Source of the DNA: an uncultured Verrucomicrobiae bacterium
Lineage (GTDB): Bacteria > Chlamydiota > Chlamydiia > Chlamydiales > Rhabdochlamydiaceae
Length of the DNA: 64,000 nucleotides
Assembly (NCBI GenBank): GCA_963806855.1
Contig: CAWDYW010000001.1
Location: forward strand, 576,001 to 640,000
Reading direction: 5' to 3'
In this document: positions 54,848 through 64,000 of the stretch, piece after piece
Numbering within the stretch: position 1 is the first letter of the stretch
Layout of the letters: each line of letters opens with the position of its first letter
Made by a program: the position numbers and the translations under genes
Notes under the pieces: generated by a model
The model's input: only the letters and a program-made list of their open reading frames with translations
Database searches by the model: none
What the model was told of the DNA's origin: nothing

Positions 54848-55687
54848 TTATAAGGATCCCTCGTCGTAAAATAGTGCGTCGGGATCTGGGAGAGTATCAC
54901 AATATATTTGGTTGTAAATGGGTTGAGGATTTACAGTTTCATAAGGCCCGCCGGCGTGAAATAGGGACCCCTGACCATTGAGGACGCCATTAAAAAAGGA
55001 CCCTGCAAAGACTGTACCATCGGCAAATTTAACGATTCCGGCGCCGTGACGCTTATTTTTGTGCCACATTCCATCATAGATAGACCCATCTGAATAAGTG
55101 CGAATCCCATGTCCATGATGTAAGTCTCCTTTCCACTCCCCGGCATAATAGGTGCCATCAGGATAAGTCAGCGTGCCGTTGTTTGGGCGCTTTCCATTTT
55201 CATAGCGGCCAATGTAGGTGCTGCCATCTTTGTTATGAATCTGCACGACTCCATGCAGTTGATCATTTTTCCATTCAGCAATATAGGTTTTGTCTGGGTA
55301 TGTTAAAGTGCCGATCCCATCACGGAGGCCATTATTGAAGTCACCACAATAGGTGCTCCCATCTTCATTATTAAGGATCGCATAGCCAGTATAGCCAGCA
55401 GGAATTGAAAAATGAAAAACAGGAGTCTCTGCTTCTCCTGATTCAAGTGGTGATTCAACGCGTGATTCAAGAGGGGAATCAATAGGCGATAATCGACCAT
55501 TTAGAAGATCCTCAAGACTATCAACCCGCCTACTATCTGTTCCATAGAATGAATTTTTTGCGACTCGTGTTGTTTTAGTTTTCAACTCACCCTCGTTCCC
55601 CTCTTGAGAGGTTGCGAGGTCATCATAAAGGGCCTGAATAAAGGGATCAATTTTCTTAGCGGGTGTTGAATTTGTTGAAATAAACAT
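54848..55687 (-). CDS. MORN-repeat protein
   Basis: YxGxWxxxxxHGxG repeats after a low-complexity N-terminus. Confidence 0.9.
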   Translation of the reverse strand: MFISTNSTPAKKIDPFIQALYDDLATSQEGNEGELKTKTTRVAKNSFYGTDSRRVDSLEDLLNGRLSPIDSPLESRVESPLESGEAETPVFHFSIPAGYTGYAILNNEDGSTYCGDFNNGLRDGIGTLTYPDKTYIAEWKNDQLHGVVQIHNKDGSTYIGRYENGKRPNNGTLTYPDGTYYAGEWKGDLHHGHGIRTYSDGSIYDGMWHKNKRHGAGIVKFADGTVFAGSFFNGVLNGQGSLFHAGGPYETVNPQPIYNQIYCDTLPDPDALFYDEGSL

Positions 55688-55874
55688 GTTTTTATCCTCT
55701 GTTATTTATTAATATAGTTTTAATTATATCAAATTATATATTTAAATTAAATGAAAAAAGATTGATAAATTGAATATAAAGCGCTTATAAGCGTTATCCA
55801 GTAAGCTATTGACATTCAAAGAGTTAAGTTTTTTGTTTTGAAAAAATAGATGTAAAATTAAAATTGTTGCTCAT

Positions 55875-56471
55875 ATGGAAATGATGCAGCTAGTTGGTTA
55901 CGATTATTTTAATCTGAATCTCTTGCGAAAAATAGAGGAGGTTCAGCTCGACAGCACTCCATTCAATAATCGAGAGCGCCCGTTCAATGAACTGGGGCTG
56001 CGCGAATCGATGTCGGTCTTTGATTTTTTAGCCAGGGGAGAAGGGATCGCGCATGCTTTAAAAGGGAGGGTTAAACTCTTTCTGAAGAGAATGGAATTGA
56101 ATGTCTATTTTCTCAAAAACAATTTTCAGGCAGCAAACGAGTTAATCGAACAATTTGAGAAGCTCAAGCAATCAAAGGAGAAGGCAGATCAAGTTCTCAT
56201 GGGACTTCAGGCGAAGTTATCCCAATATAATCATGAGGGGGACAAAGAGTTGCTCTCTTCATGCGAAATTGTGACGAACTATGCCAATGCAAAAAGGGTG
56301 ATCGACTACTTGATAGAATGCAGTGCCAAATTAACAAAAGGTTATTTGGGAGGGGGAACATTTTTTACTTACCTTCCAGATCGGATAGCTACGCTGACGG
56401 CTGCCATTCAAAATATGGAGCAGGCTATACCTGTCATGCCAGATGGGGCTGATGAGGAAGCGGAGTTATGA
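55875..56471 (+). CDS. Hypothetical helical protein
   Basis: 198-aa ORF; its 3' end is duplicated at 57611-57710. Confidence 0.65.
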   Translation: MEMMQLVGYDYFNLNLLRKIEEVQLDSTPFNNRERPFNELGLRESMSVFDFLARGEGIAHALKGRVKLFLKRMELNVYFLKNNFQAANELIEQFEKLKQSKEKADQVLMGLQAKLSQYNHEGDKELLSSCEIVTNYANAKRVIDYLIECSAKLTKGYLGGGTFFTYLPDRIATLTAAIQNMEQAIPVMPDGADEEAEL

Positions 56472-57300
56472 GGCTTTTTCTGAAAAAACGAGATGCTTAG
56501 TTTTTTCAAAGAGATCAAAGGCTAAAGTTATCACCGTGTGCAGCCCTTTGATGCATGAATCATTTATTAAAGATTCTCTATAAATATTTCCCATTGTATG
56601 TGAAACTGTAGAAATTAAAAGCCCATATCTGAAGTTTTCAAATAGGAAGCCATAAGTTAATCCACCAATAAATTGCGATAAAATCTGTGGTCTATCATGA
56701 GCTAATGCAAAAATTGTCGAGGCAATTATAATTCGAGTAGCTGTATGAGAAAGAAAAGCTCTTGTGCTCCCTGAAAACAACTTAGAAATTGCAACTAGGG
56801 CAATTTTTTGAATCATCAATCTGCAAATCAGCTCTTCAACAAATGCACTTGCAATCACATTTGAGCTGTTGGGTCTATCAAAGCAACAATCTATATACAG
56901 ATTTTTATGTTCTTCTGTGGCAGATAAATAGGTCTCTGAAGAAATAAATTTTTTAATTCTTCCCAAATAGATCAGAGAGTAAATGAGCCCTTCGCATTGA
57001 CCTTCTGAAGCGTGGTTCATGGGAATAAGATCTGGAATATAATTCTCTATAAAGCTAGTCATGGATTCACTTAAATTTACCAATGGAGCGAAAAAAAGAG
57101 GCCAAGCGACTGGGGTCAAAAAATTTCGCAGTTCGTAAGCAGTAATAGTCACTTAATGTGCTACTGGTCCCCCGACAATGCGGACTGATGACGTGATCCC
57201 ATGTGTATGCCTCAATCAAACCTGATGTTATACCCATTGCAGTCTGCTTGATCACGGGCAGCGATAAGAAATTTTGAACAGCTTTCACACAAATGCTCAT
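56466..57300 (-). pseudogene. CPBP/CAAX-protease family paralog, frameshifted near the A-run at about 57091
   Basis: N-terminus in ORF 57067..57300 and the rest in 56466..57152; VEEL..R, FALAH, SHTMGN; the shift may be a sequencing error. Confidence 0.7.
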
Positions 57301-57352
57301 AGATAGTTAATTATAGCAAATTAGATAATTAATTTATATATTAGATAATATT

Positions 57353-57576
57353 TTATTCTGCTATGAATTTGCGGAGTGCGGCGATGTCTTTTGCCGTAAT
57401 CCCTTTAACTGCAAGGAGCTCGTCGTCGGTGGCGAGCTGGATCCGTTTGCTGCGCCGTTTGCGATGGAAACCGATCGCTCGTTCGTGGGCGGCGTCGCGG
57501 ATTTGCTGAAGGAGAAAGAGGAGGGGGGAGCGGGTATTGAGGGAGATGGGGTCGGGGTGGTCAGGGAGGAAGATCC
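57353..57576 (-). pseudogene. Duplicated uvrC 3' fragment with 87-nt internal deletion
   Basis: Matches 58604-58914 except between two GGATCCGTTTG copies. Confidence 0.9.
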
Positions 57577-57705
57577 CCCAGATTTTTTCCTCTACATTGC
57601 GGATAGGGTCTACCTTCCAGATCGGATAGCTAAGTTGAAGGCTGCCATTCAAATATGGGGCAGGAGATGGCGGTCAGTTCAGATGGGGCTGATGAGGACG
57701 CGGAA

Positions 57706-58551
57706 TTATGAGGCTTTTTCCGAAGAAAAGAAGTGCTGAGTTTTTTCAAAGAGTTCAATGCTCAAAGTTGCCGCCTCTCTCATAGCTTTGTTGCAGAGAC
57801 CATTTCTATAAAGGTTGTATCTAAAAATATTACTCATTGCATGTGAAACTGTAGAAAGTAAAAGCCCATATCTGCAATTTTCAAACATGAAGCCATATGT
57901 TAATCCCCCAATAAATTGCCATAAATAATTTGGGCGATCATGAGCCAATGCAAAAATTGTCGATGCAATCATAATTCGAGTAGCGGAATGAGAAAGAAAA
58001 GCTCTTGTTCTGCCTGAAAATAACTTGGAAATTGCAACAAGGGCAATTTTTTGAATTATCACTCTGAAGATCAGCTCTTCAACAAATGCACCTGCGATCT
58101 CATATGAGCTGTTCGTTCTATTTGTGCAACAACCTAAATAAATATCCTGATAGTATTCTATGGAAGCTAAATACTCTTTAGGCGGCTGTCCTCCTGAAGG
58201 GATAAATCTTTCAAATCTTTTCAAATGAGCCAGCGGGAGAGTGAGAACTTCGCAATCATAGGTGAGGTCCATAGGAATAAAATCTGGAACATAATGCTCT
58301 ACAAATTTAGACATGGAAAGTTTTAAATTTATCAGTGGATTTAAGAAAAAGGCCAAGCGGCTGGGTTCGAAAAATTTCGCGGCTCGTAAGCAGTAATAGT
58401 CACTTAATGTGCTGTTTGTTTTCGAACAAAGAGGGCTGACGAGCTCCATTGACATGTATGCGTCAATTAGCCCCACAGTTACACCCAATGCAGTCTGCTT
58501 AATCAGGGGGAGTGATAAGAAATTTTGAACAGCTTTCACACAAATACTCAT
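57706..58551 (-). CDS. CPBP/CAAX-protease (Abi) family intramembrane metalloprotease
   Basis: VEELIFR, FALAH, SHAMSN. Confidence 0.85.
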   Translation of the reverse strand: MSICVKAVQNFLSLPLIKQTALGVTVGLIDAYMSMELVSPLCSKTNSTLSDYYCLRAAKFFEPSRLAFFLNPLINLKLSMSKFVEHYVPDFIPMDLTYDCEVLTLPLAHLKRFERFIPSGGQPPKEYLASIEYYQDIYLGCCTNRTNSSYEIAGAFVEELIFRVIIQKIALVAISKLFSGRTRAFLSHSATRIMIASTIFALAHDRPNYLWQFIGGLTYGFMFENCRYGLLLSTVSHAMSNIFRYNLYRNGLCNKAMREAATLSIELFEKTQHFFSSEKAS

Positions 58552-58603
58552 AGATAATTAATTATAGCAAATTATATAATTAATTTATATATTAAATAAT
58601 ACT

Positions 58604-60443
58604 TTATTCTGCTATGAATTTGCGGAGTCCGGCGATGTCTTTTGCCGTAATCCCTTTAACTGTAAGGAGCTCGTCGTCGGTGGCGAGCTGGATCCGTTTG
58701 AAGCTCCCAAAATGCTTAAGGAGCCGTTTTTTCTTGATTGGGCCGATGCCGGGTATGGCTTCAAGGGCGCTGGTGAGGATCCGTTTGCTGCGCCGTTTGC
58801 GATGGAAACCGATCGCTCGTTCGTGGGCGGCGTCGCGGATTTGCTGAAGGAGAAAGAGGAGGGGGGAGCGGGTATTAAGGGAGATGGGCTCGGGATGGTC
58901 CGGGAGGAAGATCCGCTCGGCGGTGAGCCCTTTGTATGCTTGGCCTCTTCTTTGGTGATGGCGGCCAGGTCGACGTTGGCGATGTCGAGCTCTTTAAAGA
59001 CTTTGATGCCGATGTTGAGCTGTCCTTTGCCGCCGTCGATGATGACGAGGTCGGGGAGGTCATCTTCATCTTTGGCGCGGAGGAGGCGGCGCGAGAGCAC
59101 TTGGTGCAGGGCAGCATAGTCGTCTCCTTTGTCGATGTTTTTGATTTTGAAGAGGCGGGTCCGCTTTTTGTCGTAGAGGCCGTCGGTGAAGGCGACCATG
59201 GAGGCGACGAGGTCGCTGCCGGAGATGTTGGAGGTGTCGAAGCACTCGATGCGGCGGGGATAGCGGTTGAGTTTGAGGGTTTCTTGGAGGTCGAGGAGCA
59301 TTTTTTCGCTGCAGCTCCTGATTCGTCTTTTTCTTGTTCGAAGAGTCGCTTTGGCGTTTCTTGCGGCGAGGTCGGACGAGGGCTTTTTTATTCCCCTTTT
59401 CGGGGTGTGAGCAGCTGGATTTTTTTGCTGTGCGTCTCGTAGAGGATCTCTTCGAGGACTCGTTATTATTCTTAGGACGTAGGGGAAGTAGAATCTCTTC
59501 GGGAAGGCTGTCTTTTGCTGTAGTATTGGAGGATGAAGGAGGTGATCAGTTCTTCGTCTTCTTCAAGGACATGGGTGAAGGAGTAGTGTTCGGAGCCGAT
59601 GAGTTTGCCTTCGCGGAAGAAGAGCTGCGATCGAGGATCACTTCGTCGCTTTGCCGGAAGAGGCCGATGCGTCGCTGTCTTTGGTCCCCGCTGCTTTGAC
59701 GACTTGGCGGATGCTGGTCGACATGTTCGATTTGCCGGATGGTTTGCAGAAGGGCGGCCGCTTTTTCAAATTCGAGATTTTCAGAGGCTTTTTCCATCTC
59801 TTCGTAGAGTTTGGTGAAAATTTCTTTGATCTTTACCTTTGAGAAAGTCGATCGCGCCGTCGACGTAGGTGTCGTATTCTTCTTTGGTGCAGATAATCGA
59901 CACAAGGGGCGATGCACCGTTTGATCCCATAGAGCAGGCAGGGGCGCGTCCGTCTCTTGAGTTCTTCGTCGGAGCATTGGCGCAAGGGAAAGAGGTTAGT
60001 CAGCAGTTCGTAGGTTTGCCGCGCAGCAAAGGCGCTGGTGTAAGGGCCAAAGTAGAGTCCTTCTTCTTTGGGTTTGCCTTTGTAGCGGACGAGCTGGATG
60101 CTGGGCCAGTTGTGCTGGTGGTTGATCATGAGGCTGATGAAGGTTTTGTCGTCTTTTAGAAAGGCGTTGTATTTGGGCTGATGCTTTTTGATCAGGGTGT
60201 TTTCGAGCGAGCAGCGCCTCTTTTTCATTTTCAACGACGATAGTGTCGATGTGGGCGATCTCTTGCAGCAGGTAGGGGATCATCGGCCGGGATATCGCCC
60301 GAGGAGGCGAAGTACTGCTTGACCCGCTTTTTGAGGTGCTTGGCTTTGCCGACATAGATGACTTCGCCCGCCTCATTTTTCATGAGATAGACGCCCGGCT
60401 CCAGGGGGAAGCGCTCTAGCTGTTTGGGGTCGTACTTTTCCAT
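58604..60443 (-). CDS. uvrC: Excinuclease ABC subunit C (multiple apparent frameshifts)
   Basis: [40 protein letters not shown]. Confidence 0.93.
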
Positions 60444-62916
60444 TGCAATCAGAAGTTGTAGGGCTTCGAAGGGGGTGAGCTGATTTGGGTCGACTGCAGC
60501 CAGTTTTTCTTGCAGGGGATGATTGGTGGGCCTCGGCGAAGAGGTCGAGCTGCTTGGTCGGTTTTTTGAGTGCCGCTCCTCTTTTTCTAGCTCGTGCAGA
60601 TTTTTTCTCGGCTAGGCGTAGGGCAGAAGCGGGGAGGCCGGCGAGTTTGGCGACGTGGATGCCGTAGCTCTTGTCGGCCGCTCCGGGACGATTTTGCGGA
60701 AGAAGACGATGCCCGTCGGCAGTTTCTTCGACGGCGACGTTGAGGTTGATGGCGGCCGGGTATTTTTCGTCGAGCTCAGTCAGTTCCCAATAGTGGGTGG
60801 CAAAGAGGGTTTTCGCTTGTTTTGCCGGGGTGGAGAGGAGATATTCGGCGACGGCCCAGGCGATGGAGATGCCGTCATAGGTGCTGGTGCCGCGGCCGAT
60901 CTCATCGAGGATGACGAGGGAGCGGTCGGTGGCGTTGTTGAGGATGTTGGCGGTTTCGGTCATCTCGACCATGAAGGTCGATTGTCCGCGGGCGAGATCG
61001 TCGCTGGCGCCGATGCGGGTGAAGACTTTGTCGACTGATGCCGATGTGCGCCGCTTTTGGCGGGGACGAAGGAGCCCATCTGCGCCAGGATGGCGATGAG
61101 GGCGACTTGGCGGATATAGGTCGATTTGCCGGCCATATTGGGTCCGGTGATGAGGGCCAGGTGTTGGTCGTACCATCGAAGAAGATGTCGTTGGGGATGA
61201 AGTTTCCATTTTCAGCGAAGCTTCAATGACGGGATGGCGCCCTTGCTCGATGTCAAAGAGGGGGCTATCGGTGATGTCGGGGCAGATGTAATCGCGCTCG
61301 AGGGCCACTTTGGCAAGCGCCGCTAAACAGTCGATGTGGGCGATCACTTTAGCTGTTTCTCGGACGAGGGAGGCGTGGGTGGCGATTTCACCCCTCAGCT
61401 CGTTGAAAAGGCGGGCTTCGATGGCGGAGATCTTTTCATCGGCCGAGAGGATTTTGTATTCAAATTCTTTCAGCTCTTCGGTGGTGAACCGATCGGCGTT
61501 GACGAGAGTTTGCCGCCGATGAAAAGAGGGAGGGACTTTGTCGTTTTGGCCGCGGCTCACTTCGATGTAATAGCCAAAAGCGCGGGTGTAGCCCACTTTG
61601 AGGGTTTTGATGCCAGAGCTTTCTCTGAGGCGGGTTTGGTAGGCCGCCATCCACATTTCGCTCTCATTTTTGATGCTCTGCAGATCGTCGAGCTCAGGGT
61701 CGTACCCTTTCTTGAACAGCCCTCCATCACTTAAGCGCAGTGGCGGATTGTCGACGATGGCGCAGCTTAGTTTGTCTGCGATGAAGCTTGTCTGTGGAAT
61801 AGTGTCAGAGACCAGAGGAGTGATCAGGGGAATCTGCTGCAGGGAGAAGCGAAGCCCCGCCAAATCGCGTGGACTGGCGAATCCTGTTTCGATCCGCATC
61901 ATCAGCCGCTCTAGATCGCGCACCTCAGAGAGATGGCGGCGCAGCTCGAGCAATTTTGAGAGATCAGATGTAAAAGTTCTGATTCTGTTTTGCCTTTCTT
62001 TAATTTTTTCGACAGAGAGAAGGGGGTGGAGGAGCCAATTTCGAAATAATCTTCCTCCCATCGGTGTTTTCGTTGCGTCCAACAAATCGAGCAGTTGAGA
62101 GAGCTCGAGATTGCGCTGGCTGTTTTTGTCGATCAACATATAGGCGCTATTGGAATGGGTTCGCAGGGTGAGAATGTGCTCGATTGGCAAGCTCAGCTCT
62201 TCATTGACATAAGTCAGCAGCGCACCAGCAGCTGTGATGCCCGAGACAAAACCCTTCAAACCAAATCCATCGAGCGAGTGTACTTTGAAGTGTTTTTTCA
62301 AAAATTCGAGGCTACTTTCATGATCAAAATGCCACCCTTCAAGGTAATGGATGGACGCTTTGATCTCGCGTAGAAATTCTTTCTCTTCCTTCCACTTCTT
62401 CGATAGGATCAATTCTTTTGGGCAAACACGAGCCAACTCATCGAGGAGAGCCTCTTTCTTTTCAAATTCGATCACCACAAAGTCGGCGGTGGTGATGTCG
62501 AGGTAGGCGAGGCCCCAGCTTTGATTGAGCTGCACGATGCTGGCCAGATAGCTCGCTTCTTTGTCTTGCAGCAGGGTCGAGTTGATCACTGTTCCTGGCG
62601 TGACAATTCGGACGATTTCCCGTTTGACGATCCCTTTAGTCTCTTTGGGGTTTTCCATTTGCTCGGCAATGGCGACCCGGTACCCTTTCGCAACGAGCCG
62701 ATCGATGTAGGTTTCGCAGATATGATGGGGGATGCCCGCCATCGGAATCTCTTGCCGTTTGGTCAGCGTCAAATCGAGCTCTTTAGAAATGAGCTCGGCA
62801 TCTTCGTAGAACGCTTCATAAAAATCGCCGAGGCGAAAGAATAAGATCGCATCGGGGGCCGCCTCTTTACAGGCGAACCATTGGGCCATCATGGGGGTTT
62901 GGTTGGCAATACTCAT
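60373..62916 (-). CDS. mutS: DNA mismatch repair protein MutS (apparent frameshifts in 3' third; true stop uncertain)
   Basis: [34 protein letters not shown]. Confidence 0.95.
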   Translation of the reverse strand: MSIANQTPMMAQWFACKEAAPDAILFFRLGDFYEAFYEDAELISKELDLTLTKRQEIPMAGIPHHICETYIDRLVAKGYRVAIAEQMENPKETKGIVKREIVRIVTPGTVINSTLLQDKEASYLASIVQLNQSWGLAYLDITTADFVVIEFEKKEALLDELARVCPKELILSKKWKEEKEFLREIKASIHYLEGWHFDHESSLEFLKKHFKVHSLDGFGLKGFVSGITAAGALLTYVNEELSLPIEHILTLRTHSNSAYMLIDKNSQRNLELSQLLDLLDATKTPMGGRLFRNWLLHPLLSVEKIKERQNRIRTFTSDLSKLLELRRHLSEVRDLERLMMRIETGFASPRDLAGLRFSLQQIPLITPLVSDTIPQTSFIADKLSCAIVDNPPLRLSDGGLFKKGYDPELDDLQSIKNESEMWMAAYQTRLRESSGIKTLKVGYTRAFGYYIEVSRGQNDKVPPSFHRRQTLVNADRFTTEELKEFEYKILSADEKISAIEARLFNELRGEIATHASLVRETAKVIAHIDCLAALAKVALERDYICPDITDSPLFDIEQGRHPVIEASLKMETSSPTTSSSMVRPTPGPHHRTQYGRQIDLYPPSRPHRHPGADGLLRPRQKRRTSASVDKVFTRIGASDDLARGQSTFMVEMTETANILNNATDRSLVILDEIGRGTSTYDGISIAWAVAEYLLSTPAKQAKTLFATHYWELTELDEKYPAAINLNVAVEETADGHRLLPQNRPGAADKSYGIHVAKLAGLPASALRLAEKKSARARKRGAALKKPTKQLDLFAEAHQSSPARKTGCSRPKSAHPLRSPTTSDCNGKVRPQTARALPPGAGRLSHEK

Positions 62917-62961
62917 AAGTGTACTGCAAAAATACACCTCTAATGGTATAAAATCAACCAT

Positions 62962-64000
62962 ATGGCCTTATATACAACCGAGAGCTTAGACACATTACGG
63001 AGCAAGGTGGACCTTGTGGAGGTCCTCTCTTCCCATCTGCAATTGAAACGTTCAGGGGCCACCCACAAGGGACTCTGCCCCTTTCACGAAGAGAAATCCC
63101 CTTCGTTCATGGTGCAGGCGGGCGATACCCACTACCACTGTTTCGGTTGCGGGGCCCATGGCGATGCGATCGCTTTTTTGATGAACCATGTCAAAATGAG
63201 TTTTGTCGATGCAGTCGAAAGTTTGGCCGAGCGGTTCAGTGTGACCCTCGAGAAGGCCGAAGGGGACGAGCAAAAAAAGGGCCCTGATCGAATTGCTTTG
63301 AAGGAAGCACTTGATTTAGCCTCCCGCTTCTACCATACCCTGCTTCTTCACACTGAAGAGGGACATGCCGCGCTCCACTATCTCTACCAGCGGGACATCG
63401 ACCTCGACTTCATCAAATTTTTTCAAATCGGCTACGCACCCTCCGATCGAAGCCTCTTCACCACCTTCGCCCAAAAAGAGGGAGTTCAGGAGGAAATCCT
63501 GATCACAGCCGGCCTAATGACCGAGAAAAGGAGAGACTTTTTCTCCGAACGGATCACCTTCCCCATCCGCGATCCCTTTGGAGCTGTCGTCGGCTTCTCG
63601 GCGCGCAAAATCAAAGAGGAAACTTTTGGGGGCAAGTATATCAACACCCCTGAGACGCCGCTGTTCAAAAAATCGCATCTGCTTTTCGGACTCAACTACT
63701 CGCGGCAGCGGATTGCCAAAGAGCGGCGGGCGATCATCGTCGAAGGACAGATCGACTGCTTGCGGCTCATCCACTCGGGCCTCAATTTCACCGTCGCCTC
63801 GCAAGGGACCGCCTTTGGTGAAGGGCATGTGAAACTGCTGACCGATCTCGGCGTCAATCAGGTCTTTTTGGCGATGGATGGGGACAATGCTGGAAAAGGG
63901 GCGGCGATCAAAGTAGGGAACCTGTTTCAAAAAGAGGGGATCGGCGTAGCGGTGCTCGATCTGCCGCCAGAGAGCGATCCCGATAGCTTTGTGAAGGCTG
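62962..64000 (+). CDS. dnaG: DNA primase (runs off window end)
   Basis: CPFHEEKSPSF Zn finger, KYINTPET, VEG..D, DGDNAG TOPRIM. Confidence 0.96.
   Translation, partial: MALYTTESLDTLRSKVDLVEVLSSHLQLKRSGATHKGLCPFHEEKSPSFMVQAGDTHYHCFGCGAHGDAIAFLMNHVKMSFVDAVESLAERFSVTLEKAEGDEQKKGPDRIALKEALDLASRFYHTLLLHTEEGHAALHYLYQRDIDLDFIKFFQIGYAPSDRSLFTTFAQKEGVQEEILITAGLMTEKRRDFFSERITFPIRDPFGAVVGFSARKIKEETFGGKYINTPETPLFKKSHLLFGLNYSRQRIAKERRAIIVEGQIDCLRLIHSGLNFTVASQGTAFGEGHVKLLTDLGVNQVFLAMDGDNAGKGAAIKVGNLFQKEGIGVAVLDLPPESDPDSFVKA

Noticed and set aside
58604..61250. uvrC/mutS inactivation or a mutS-uvrC fusion
   Set aside because: A dense cluster of indels, some compensating, in otherwise conserved sequence points to a poorly polished segment.

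Overview
Chromosomal window from an environmental member of Chlamydiota, inferred from gene content and order: CT296-like/rnc/radA, sodA-accD-dut-ptsN-ptsN(HTH), Cys-free rpmJ/rpsN, and Cys-rich outer-membrane barrels. GC-richer housekeeping blocks (mfd, alaS, tkt, rnc, radA, uvrD-like, rnpA/rpmH, uvrC, mutS, dnaG) alternate with AT-rich accessory patches encoding ankyrin, DUF4116, MORN, BTB and YVTN repeat proteins, a Gly-rich autotransporter, two RlaP-like nucleotidyltransferases, an RNA ligase, YhcG and an AbiE-type toxin-antitoxin pair. Highlights: (1) an AbiEi antitoxin fused to a trypsin-like protease with an apparently complete triad, preceded by twin palindromic operators; (2) a duplicated beta-propeller + Cys-rich barrel gene pair in which the barrel is identical but the propeller loops are hypervariable, with a group II intron DV-DVI fragment at the junction; (3) several accessory inserts flanked by long (27-236 bp) duplications of neighbouring gene ends, with no integrase or transposase seen; (4) several palindromic MITE/RPE-like repeat families, one with clear compensatory changes. 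Frameshifts in mfd, alaS, uvrC and mutS are most likely sequencing indels. No rRNA, tRNA or CRISPR array was recognised. All family assignments come from motif recognition by eye, not from database searches.
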